Assembly: GCA_965248355.1 (NCBI GenBank)
Contig: OZ252098.1
Span: 1,568,001-1,632,000, forward strand
DNA: 64,000 nt
DNA from: Candidatus Latescibacterota bacterium
Lineage (GTDB): Bacteria; Latescibacterota; UBA2968; UBA8231
Reading direction: 5' to 3'
Shown one piece after another: positions 56,784-64,000 of the stretch. Position numbers and translations under genes: made by a program. Positions within the stretch are counted from its first letter, which is position 1. Each line of letters begins with the position of its first letter. The notes below the pieces were generated by a model. It was not told the origin of the DNA, searched no databases, and saw only the letters and a program-made list of their open reading frames with translations.

Positions 56784-57970
56784 CCGCCGGCCCCTTCGTC
56801 GACGGGCCGCTGCTCCGGGCCCGCTTCGTCGGCCGCCCGAACCGCTTCCTCGTGCGCTGCCGCCTGGACGGCGGCCAGCGGGTCACCGCCTTCCTGCCCA
56901 ACCCCGGCCGCATGGACGAGCTGCTGTTCCCGGAGGTCGAGCTGACCCTCGTGCCGGCGCCGGCCGGCGGAGCCCGCCGCACGAGGTGGACCTGCGTCGC
57001 CGTCGAGCGCGAGGGCGAGACCCTGTTCCTCCACACCCACCGCACCAACGCCGTGGCCCGGCACCTGCTGGAGAGCGGCCGGGTCCCCAGGCTGCGCGGC
57101 TGGCGGATCGCCGCCTCGGAGGTGGCCGCCGGGCACAGCCGCTTCGACTTTTTGCTGCAGCGGGGAAGCCGGCGGCTGTGGCTCGAGGTCAAGTCCTGCA
57201 CCCTCTTCGGCAACGGCGTCGCCATGTTCCCGGACGCCGTCACCGAGCGCGGCCGGCGCCACCTGCTGGAGCTGGCGGCCATGCCGCGCGGACACGGCGA
57301 GCGGCCGGCCGTGATGTTCGTCGTGCACACGCGCTCGGCGCGCTGGTTCCTGCCCGACTACCACACGGACCTGGCCTTCAGCCGGACCCTGCTGGAGATC
57401 CGCCGGCAGGTGAGGATCCTGCCCGTGGCCGTGGGCTGGAACGCCGACCTGACCCTGCGGGAGGAGACCCGGCTGCTCGACATCCCCTGGGGCCATCTGC
57501 GGCGCGAGGCCGTGGACCGCGGCGCCTACCTGCTGCTGCTGCGGCTGGCGCGGCGGCGCCGGCTGCGGGTCGGCCGCCTGGGCGAGATCACCTTCGCGGC
57601 CGGGTGGCACATCTACGTGGGCTCTGCCATGGCCAACCTGACGGCGCGCCTGGAGCGCCACCGGCGGCGGAGGAAGCGCTTCCACTGGCACGTGGACTAC
57701 CTGCGCGACGCGGCCACCGAGGTCGCGGCCCTGCCGGTGCGGTCGTCGAGCCGCCGGGAGTGCGAGCTGGCCGCCGGCGCGGGCGCCCTCTTCCCCGCCG
57801 CCGTCGCCGGCTTCGGCTGTTCCGACTGCGGCTGCGGCAGCCACCTCTTCGCCGCCGGCGGCGATCCCCGGGACCGGCGCGACTTCCACGAGTGGCTGCA
57901 GAGTCACCGCATGTCGCACCCTCCTGGACCCTCCCCCGGCGGACTGGCCCGCCGGGGCCGCCTTCCGTAG
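56780..57970 (+). CDS. sfsA: SfsA DNA/RNA nuclease fused to a C-terminal DUF123 (GIY-YIG-like) domain
   Basis: RPNRF..LPNPGRM..SRFDF..LEVKSCTL..FPDAVTERGRRHL, then GAYLL..YVGSAM..HWHVDYL..GFGCSDCGCGSHLF. Confidence 0.85.
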   Translation: MTAGPFVDGPLLRARFVGRPNRFLVRCRLDGGQRVTAFLPNPGRMDELLFPEVELTLVPAPAGGARRTRWTCVAVEREGETLFLHTHRTNAVARHLLESGRVPRLRGWRIAASEVAAGHSRFDFLLQRGSRRLWLEVKSCTLFGNGVAMFPDAVTERGRRHLLELAAMPRGHGERPAVMFVVHTRSARWFLPDYHTDLAFSRTLLEIRRQVRILPVAVGWNADLTLREETRLLDIPWGHLRREAVDRGAYLLLLRLARRRRLRVGRLGEITFAAGWHIYVGSAMANLTARLERHRRRRKRFHWHVDYLRDAATEVAALPVRSSSRRECELAAGAGALFPAAVAGFGCSDCGCGSHLFAAGGDPRDRRDFHEWLQSHRMSHPPGPSPGGLARRGRLP

Positions 57971-58028
57971 TCTACCCTCGTCGTGCCGGCGGCCCCCGCC
58001 ACGGCTGCGCGCAACGAGGAGAGACACA

Positions 58029-58787
58029 TTGATCGACCTGTCCGGAAAGGTGGCCCTCGTCACCGGAGCCTCGCGCGGCATCGGCCGCGGCTGCGCCGTG
58101 GAGATGGCCCGCTGCGGCGCCGACGTGGCCGTCAACTACCGATCCCACGCCGACGAGGCGGAGGAGGTGGCCGCGGAGGTCCGCGCCTGCGGCCGCCGGG
58201 CCGAGACCTTCGGCGCCGACGTCTCCGACCGCGGCGCCGTGGAGGCCATGGTCGCCGGCGCCGTGGCCGCCCTCGGCCGCCTCGACATCGTCGTCGCCAA
58301 CGCCTACTACTCGAAGCGCCAGCCCTTCCTCGAGCTCGACGTGGACGAGGCCCGCCGGACCCTGGACGTCACCCTCTGGGGCGCCTTCCACGTGGCCCAG
58401 ACCGGGGCCCGGCAGATGGTCGCCGAGGGCCACGGCGGACACATCCTCTTCATCAGCTCCGTCCTCGGCTTCATCCCCTTCCCCACCTCGGCGCCCTACA
58501 ACACCGCCAAGGCCGGGGTGAACCACCTGGCCGCCACCATCGCCGCCGAGCTGGCCGAGCACCGCATCCGCGTCAACGTCATCGAGCCGGGGTGGACCGA
58601 TACCCCCGGGGAGCGGCAGTACTCCACCGAGGCCGAGCTGCAGCAGGGAGCCGAGGCCCTGCCGTGGAAGCGCCTGGGCCGGCCCGACGAGATCGGCAAG
58701 GCCGCCGCCTTCCTGTCCAGCGACGCCGCCGACTACATCACCGCCGCCAACCTGCGCGTCGACGGCGGTTTCTGGCTGCCGCGCTGA
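58029..58787 (+). CDS. SDR family oxidoreductase
   Basis: TGASRGIG, YNTAK, IRVNVIEPGW. Confidence 0.93.
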   Translation: MIDLSGKVALVTGASRGIGRGCAVEMARCGADVAVNYRSHADEAEEVAAEVRACGRRAETFGADVSDRGAVEAMVAGAVAALGRLDIVVANAYYSKRQPFLELDVDEARRTLDVTLWGAFHVAQTGARQMVAEGHGGHILFISSVLGFIPFPTSAPYNTAKAGVNHLAATIAAELAEHRIRVNVIEPGWTDTPGERQYSTEAELQQGAEALPWKRLGRPDEIGKAAAFLSSDAADYITAANLRVDGGFWLPR

Positions 58788-58791
58788 GACC

Positions 58792-60516
58792 TTGACCGGG
58801 ACGAAGGACAGACTGCGCAGCGCCGACTGGTTCAGCGGCGAGCCCAAGACCTCCTTCATCCACCGCAGCTGGATGAAGATCGAGGGCGTGCCCGACCACG
58901 AGTTCGAGGGCAAGCCCGTCATCGGCATCTGCAACACCTGGTCGGAGTTGACGCCGTGCAACGCCCACTTCCGCGACCTGGCCGAGATGGTCAAGCGCGG
59001 CGTCCTCGAGGCCGGCGGCTTCCCCGTCGAGTTCCCGGTCATGTCCCTGGGCGAGGCCCTCATGCGGCCCACGACCATGCTCTTCCGCAACCTCGTCTCC
59101 ATGGACGTGGAGGAGTCGATCCGGGCCAACCCGCTCGACGGGGTCGTGCTGCTGGCCGGCTGCGACAAGACCACCCCCTCGACGCTGATGGGCGCCGTCA
59201 GCTGCGACCTGCCGACCCTCGTCGTCTCCGGCGGGCCCATGCTCAACGGCAAGTTCCGGGGCCGCGACATCGGCTCCGGCACCGACGTGTGGCGGTTCTC
59301 CGAGGAGTTGCGGGCCGGCCGCATGACCGAGCACGAGTTCGCCGAGGCCGAGGCCTGCATGTCGCGCTCGGCCGGCCACTGCATGACCATGGGCACGGCC
59401 TCCACCATGGCCTGCATGGTCGAGGCCCTGGGCCTGACCCTGCCCGGGGGGGCGGCGATCCCGGCAGCGGACTCGCGCCGCAAGTCCCTGGCCCAGATGG
59501 CCGGCAACCGCATCGTGGCCATGGTGAGGGAGGACCTGCGCCCGTCGCGGATCCTCGGCCGCCCCGCCTTCGAGAACGCGATCCGGGTCAACGCCGCCAT
59601 CGGCGGCTCCACCAACTTCGTCGTGCACCTGCTGGCCCTGGCCGGCCGCGCCGGCGTCGAGCTGTCCCTGGACGACTTCGACGCCCTCGGCAGCCACCTG
59701 CCCCTGCTCGTCGACCTGATGCCCTCGGGGCGCTACCTGATGGAGGACTTCTACTACGCCGGGGGCCTGCCCGTGGTCATCCGCGAGCTGGAGCACCTGC
59801 TGCACATGGACGCCCTCACCGTCACCGGCCGCAGCCTGGACCAGGACACGGCCGGCGCATCCGGCCACGACCGGGAGGTCATCCGGCCCTTCGGCGAGCC
59901 CGTGCAGGAGGAGGCCGGTATCGCCGTGCTGCGCGGCAACCTGGCCGAGGACGGGGCGATCATCAAGCCCTCGGCGGCGACGCCGGAGCTGCTGCAGCAC
60001 CGCGGCCGGGCGGTGGTCTTCGAGGACATCGAGGACCTGCAGGCGCGCATCGACGACCCGGACCTGGACGTGGACGAGAGCTGCGTCCTCGTCCTCAAGG
60101 GCGCCGGCCCCCGGGGGTATCCCGGGATGGCCGAGGTCGGCAACCTGCCCATGCCGAAGAAGCTGGTCGAGGCCGGCGTGCGCGACATGGTGCGCATCTC
60201 CGACGGCCGCATGTCGGGCACCGCCTACGGCACCGTGGTCCTGCACACCTCCCCCGAGTCGGCCGTGGGCGGCGTCCTGGCCCTGGTGCGCAGCGGGGAC
60301 GAGGTCGAGCTGGACGTGCGGGGACGCGGCCTGCACCTGCACGTCGACGACGAAGAGCTGAACAGGCGCCGCGCCGCCTGGACCCCGCCGCCGGCCCACG
60401 ATACCCGGGGCTACGTCCGCCTCTACGTGGAGCACGTGCAGCAGGCCCACCTGGGGGTGGACTTCGACTTCCTGCGCGGCGGCTCGGGGGCGGTGGTCCG
60501 CAGGGAGGCCCATTGA
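58792..60516 (+). CDS. IlvD/Edd-family dehydratase (L-arabinonate/D-xylonate dehydratase type)
   Basis: IGICNTWSELTPCN, GCDKTTP, GHCMTMGTASTM, SDGRMSGT. Confidence 0.92.
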   Translation: MTGTKDRLRSADWFSGEPKTSFIHRSWMKIEGVPDHEFEGKPVIGICNTWSELTPCNAHFRDLAEMVKRGVLEAGGFPVEFPVMSLGEALMRPTTMLFRNLVSMDVEESIRANPLDGVVLLAGCDKTTPSTLMGAVSCDLPTLVVSGGPMLNGKFRGRDIGSGTDVWRFSEELRAGRMTEHEFAEAEACMSRSAGHCMTMGTASTMACMVEALGLTLPGGAAIPAADSRRKSLAQMAGNRIVAMVREDLRPSRILGRPAFENAIRVNAAIGGSTNFVVHLLALAGRAGVELSLDDFDALGSHLPLLVDLMPSGRYLMEDFYYAGGLPVVIRELEHLLHMDALTVTGRSLDQDTAGASGHDREVIRPFGEPVQEEAGIAVLRGNLAEDGAIIKPSAATPELLQHRGRAVVFEDIEDLQARIDDPDLDVDESCVLVLKGAGPRGYPGMAEVGNLPMPKKLVEAGVRDMVRISDGRMSGTAYGTVVLHTSPESAVGGVLALVRSGDEVELDVRGRGLHLHVDDEELNRRRAAWTPPPAHDTRGYVRLYVEHVQQAHLGVDFDFLRGGSGAVVRREAH

Positions 60517-60535
60517 GGCAGCTCGGAGACCTGTC

Positions 60536-61363
60536 GTGACGACGATCGCCTGGACCCCGGCGGAGGGTACGCCCGGGGAGATCCGCCGGCGCCTCCCCCG
60601 GCCCCTCGAGGCCCTGGCGCGGGGCGAGGTCCCCGCCCTCGTGCTGCGCGGCGCCTATCCCGCCGATCACTGCCGCGCCCTCATGGAGCGCTTCCGCGAG
60701 CGCGGCCTGCTCTACGATCCCCGCCGCACCGGCGAGGGCAAGGTCCAGCGCGTCGACATCGGCACCAGCTTCGGCCGTTACCGGGCCGACCCCGACCGGT
60801 TCTTCGAGCACTCGCGGCAGACGCACGAGCTGTTCGCCACCCTCTTCGACGGCTACCAGGATCCGGTGCGCACCATGTACCGGGCGCTGGCGGAGCTGGC
60901 TCCGGAGAAGCGGGTGATGACGGCGCGCGAGCCCGACGGCCGCGAGTACGGCCCCGCCATCTTCCGCGTCTACCACGCCGAGGTCGGCCACGGGCCCCAC
61001 TTCGACTCGGTGGCCAAGCGCACGAGGGCCACGGAGTACGCCGTGTCGCGTTTCCACCAGCAGTTCGCCGGCGTCCTCTGCTTCCAGAACTCCGAAGGCG
61101 GCGACACGGGCGAGCCCTACCTCTACAACTGCCCCTGGACGCCGGAGCTGCAGCCGGTGATGGCGGAACGGCGCTTCCCGGAGCACGTGGCCGCCAACGG
61201 CATCGAGCGCGCCCAGGTGCACCTCGAGCCGGGGGACCTCTACTTCTTCTTCTCCGAGAACGTGCACGAGGTGCCCGCCGTGGTGGGCGACCGGCCCCGG
61301 GCCGTGCTCGCCATGTTCATCGCCACCTCCGACGACGACGAGGAGATCTTCGTATGGGCGTGA
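60536..61363 (+). CDS. Putative 2OG-Fe(II) oxygenase-fold protein
   Basis: HFD...GDLYFF..HEV..R facial-triad pattern. Confidence 0.55.
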   Translation: MTTIAWTPAEGTPGEIRRRLPRPLEALARGEVPALVLRGAYPADHCRALMERFRERGLLYDPRRTGEGKVQRVDIGTSFGRYRADPDRFFEHSRQTHELFATLFDGYQDPVRTMYRALAELAPEKRVMTAREPDGREYGPAIFRVYHAEVGHGPHFDSVAKRTRATEYAVSRFHQQFAGVLCFQNSEGGDTGEPYLYNCPWTPELQPVMAERRFPEHVAANGIERAQVHLEPGDLYFFFSENVHEVPAVVGDRPRAVLAMFIATSDDDEEIFVWA

Positions 61364-62427
61364 GCCCCCCCGGCGGGGCGTGGCCGGACCCGGCCCCGGC
61401 GCCCGAGGAGCGCCAGACCAAGCGCCGCATCCCCTGGTACCGCACCCGCCTGGAGCGGCAGGTCCTGGCCGGGCTGAACCGCAAGAGCGACCTGCTGGGC
61501 CTGGCCCAGACCCTCGGCTTCCTGGGGACGCTGGCGGCCACCGGCGCCGCGGCCTGGTACGCCTCCCTGCATCTGACCTGGCCCTGGGTCGTGCTCGCCC
61601 TGTTCGTCCACGGCACGGGGTACAACTTCATCATCAACGGCTTCCACGAGCTGTGCCACAGCTCCGTCTTCCGCACGAGGTGGCTCAACCGCTTCTTCCT
61701 GCACGTGCTCAGCTTTCTCGGCTGGTACAACCCCGTGCACTTCTGGGCCAGCCACGCCGAGCATCACAAGTACACCCTCTACCCGCCCGAGGACGGCGAG
61801 GTCGTGCTGCCGGTGTACATGACCATGAAGGGCTACCTGAGGGGGGCCGTCATCGACTTCCGGGGCGCCTGGTACCGGATCCGCGGCGTCTTCCGCCGCG
61901 GCGTCCTCGGCCTTCTGAACCCCGGCTGGGAAACGATCCTCTTCCCGCCGGAGGAAATGGGGAAACGGAGGCGCCTCTTCCTCTGGGACCAGGTCCTGCT
62001 CGCCGGCCACGCGACGATCCTCGCGGGATCCCTCTACCTGGGCTGGTGGCAGCTGCCGCTACTGCTCACCTTCGCCTCCTTCCACGGCCGCTGGCTGTTC
62101 CTGCTGTGCAACAGCAGCCAGCACATCGGTCTCAGCGACGAGGTGTCCGACTTCCGTCTGAACTCGCGCACCTTCCTGCTCAACCCCGTGGTCCGCTTCC
62201 TCTACTGGCACATGAACTACCACATCGAGCACCACATGTACGCCGCCGTGCCCTGCTACCGGCTGGGGAAGCTGCATCGCGCCATCCGCCACGATCTGCC
62301 CCCCAGCCCGAGGGGACTGATCGCCACCTGGCGGGAGATCGCCGCCATCCAGAGGCGCCAGAAGCGGGAGCCCGGGTACCAGCACCTTCCGGAGCTGCCC
62401 CCCGGGGCGGGAGCGCCCGCGCCCTGA
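61360..62427 (+). CDS. Membrane fatty-acid desaturase/hydroxylase family protein (MocD-like)
   Basis: His boxes HELCH, HAEHH and HIEHH. Confidence 0.88.
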   Translation: MSPPGGAWPDPAPAPEERQTKRRIPWYRTRLERQVLAGLNRKSDLLGLAQTLGFLGTLAATGAAAWYASLHLTWPWVVLALFVHGTGYNFIINGFHELCHSSVFRTRWLNRFFLHVLSFLGWYNPVHFWASHAEHHKYTLYPPEDGEVVLPVYMTMKGYLRGAVIDFRGAWYRIRGVFRRGVLGLLNPGWETILFPPEEMGKRRRLFLWDQVLLAGHATILAGSLYLGWWQLPLLLTFASFHGRWLFLLCNSSQHIGLSDEVSDFRLNSRTFLLNPVVRFLYWHMNYHIEHHMYAAVPCYRLGKLHRAIRHDLPPSPRGLIATWREIAAIQRRQKREPGYQHLPELPPGAGAPAP

Positions 62428-62441
62428 GCGGCGGCGGCGAC

Positions 62442-64000
62442 GTGAGAGCCGTCTCGAGGACAGGCGCCGTCCGCAGCCTCGCCGCGGCCCTGCTGGTCGG
62501 GGCGGCGCCGGCGGCCGCGCTCGAGGCGGTCTCCGCCCTCTCCTACTACATGGAGGAAGCCGAAGGCCGGCTGGTCCTGAGCGACCTGCCCGCCGCCCCC
62601 GCGGACGCCGAGCTGCGGGCCGACGTGCTGGCCGGCGACCGGGTGCTGGCGCGCGACGCACCCGTCGTCCAGGGACGGCGGCCGTGGGTGGCCTTTCCGC
62701 TGCAGTCCCTGCCCGCGGGGTCCACCGAGCTGACCTGCCGCCTGCGTTCCGGGCGGGAGGACGCCGGCCGGGCCACGGCCGTGGTGACGCGGCGGCCGCC
62801 CCGGGCCAACGCCGTGCAGGTCGACCGCCTCGGCGGCGGCCTCCGCGTCGACGGCCTGCCCTGGTTCCCCTTCGGCTTCTACTGCTACTGGCCGGTGCAG
62901 CCGACCCTGGCCGCCGAGGAGGCGGTGCGGGGCTTCAACCTGATGAGCCCGTACCAACCCAACGACCCGGGCTCCCTGGAGCAGCGGCTCGCCTACCTGG
63001 ACCGCGCCGCCGCCGTGGGCCTGAAGGTCCACTACCAGCTGCTGGACGTGACCGGCGGCGGCGGCGTGTACAGCGGCGCCGGACCGGAGGTATCCCCCGA
63101 CCGGCGCCAGAGCTGGCTGCGCGAGGAGATCGAGGCCGTGCGCGACCACCCGGCGCTGCTGGCCTGGTACATCGCCGACGAGCCCGGCCTCCGGGGCGTC
63201 GACCCGGGGCGGATGCAACGCCTCTACGAGAGGGTGCGGGAGCTGGATCCCTACCACCCGGTGACCATGGTCTTCCTGAACGCCGGCGCCGCGCAGCCGT
63301 TCACGGCGGCGGTGGACGTGGCCATGGTCGATCCCTACCCCATCCCGAACGCGCCGCCGGCCAGCATCGGACCCGCCGTGGCCGCCGCCCGCTTGGGGCT
63401 GGGTCCGCGGACCCCCGTGTGGCTGGTGGGCCAGGCCTTCGGCGGCGGCGAGCACTGGACCCGCGAGCCCACGGCCCGGGAGCTGCGCCTGATGACGTGG
63501 CTGGCCATCGTCGAGGGGGCCACGGGCGTGCAGTACTTCATCCGCCACGGTCTGAGCGGGTTCCCCAAGTCGCCGGCGGCCTGGGCCGGGGCCGGCCGCG
63601 CCGCCCAGGAGGTCCAGGCCCTGACGCCGTACCTGCTGTCCCGGGAGCCGCCCCCCCTCGCGCTCCCCTCGCCGGAGGGGGTGCGCGCCGCGGCCTGGCG
63701 CCACGGCGGCGAGACCGTGATCGCCGCGGTCAACACCAGGAACCAGCCGCTGGCCTTCGAACTGCTCCTGCCGGGGACCGGGGCGGAGACCCTGGAGGCG
63801 GACGTCCTGTACGAGGATCGGGTCGTGCCCTTGCGAACGGTGTCGCGCGGGCGGAGCCCCGGCCTGCTGCGGCGGCCCCTGGGACTGGTCACCGGTCTGC
63901 TGCGGCGCGGCGGGGACGCGCCCGCGGCGCAAGACCTGCAGCTCGAGGACGTCATCGACGCCTACGGCGTCCGTCTCTACCGCCTGCGGGGTCCCGCTCC
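62442..64000 (+). CDS. Secreted glycoside hydrolase-like TIM-barrel protein (clan GH-A-like), truncated by the window end
   Basis: Open frame missing from the ORF track: signal peptide, VDGLPWFPFGFY, DHPALLAWYIADEP, LDPYHPV, DPYPIP. Confidence 0.7.
   Translation, partial: MRAVSRTGAVRSLAAALLVGAAPAAALEAVSALSYYMEEAEGRLVLSDLPAAPADAELRADVLAGDRVLARDAPVVQGRRPWVAFPLQSLPAGSTELTCRLRSGREDAGRATAVVTRRPPRANAVQVDRLGGGLRVDGLPWFPFGFYCYWPVQPTLAAEEAVRGFNLMSPYQPNDPGSLEQRLAYLDRAAAVGLKVHYQLLDVTGGGGVYSGAGPEVSPDRRQSWLREEIEAVRDHPALLAWYIADEPGLRGVDPGRMQRLYERVRELDPYHPVTMVFLNAGAAQPFTAAVDVAMVDPYPIPNAPPASIGPAVAAARLGLGPRTPVWLVGQAFGGGEHWTREPTARELRLMTWLAIVEGATGVQYFIRHGLSGFPKSPAAWAGAGRAAQEVQALTPYLLSREPPPLALPSPEGVRAAAWRHGGETVIAAVNTRNQPLAFELLLPGTGAETLEADVLYEDRVVPLRTVSRGRSPGLLRRPLGLVTGLLRRGGDAPAAQDLQLEDVIDAYGVRLYRLRGPA

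Noticed and set aside
58792..60516. ilvD (branched-chain amino acid synthesis)
   Set aside because: The sequence motifs and the SDR neighbour fit the sugar-acid dehydratase subfamily better, so no gene symbol was assigned.
1..64000. CRISPR array, rRNA, tRNA, integrase or transposase
   Set aside because: No regularly spaced repeats, RNA gene signatures or recombinase motifs were recognised by eye. A tRNAscan/Infernal run would be needed to exclude small RNAs.

Overview
High-GC bacterial DNA, mosaic in composition. The many FlgD-Ig/T9SS-like tails, the DUF6785-type membrane protein and the PQQ-like propellers suggest a Latescibacterota-like or FCB/PVC-type organism (inference). Four blocks: (1) 0-6.3 kb: glycoside-hydrolase-like propellers, a frameshifted pentapeptide-repeat gene, a membrane transporter and a GNAT. 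(2) 6.6-24.8 kb: an 8-gene cell-envelope operon of unknown function. It has a FlgD-Ig surface protein followed by an intrinsic terminator, a discoidin/FlgD-Ig protein, THREE tandem ~900-1000 aa paralogues with shared Asp-rich Ca-binding loops and beta-strand-rich C-termini, a giant TPR protein, a membrane-anchored Pro-rich-linker DUF4159 protein and an ExbB/TolQ/MotA channel. This is my best candidate for an undescribed secretion or surface-assembly machine. (3) A very GC-rich, translationally coupled tailoring-enzyme cluster at 24.9-31.2 kb and 45.9-56.8 kb: PQQ-like propellers, HemN-like radical SAM, aryl-CoA ligase, flavin halogenase-like enzyme, SSS transporter, GT4, thioesterase, ABC transporter and Nudix. 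It is split by (4) a lower-GC defence island at 31.2-45.9 kb: type II Thoeris with a frameshifted thsB, Vsr+Dcm+MORC/Z1/PD-(D/E)XK/AIPR (Mza-like), a BrnT/BrnA relic, and decayed copies of the flanking propeller gene. The window ends with an SfsA-DUF123 fusion, an SDR, a sugar-acid dehydratase, an oxygenase, a desaturase and a GH-like gene. No rRNA, tRNA, CRISPR array or integrase was seen. All family calls come from motif recognition by eye, not database searches.
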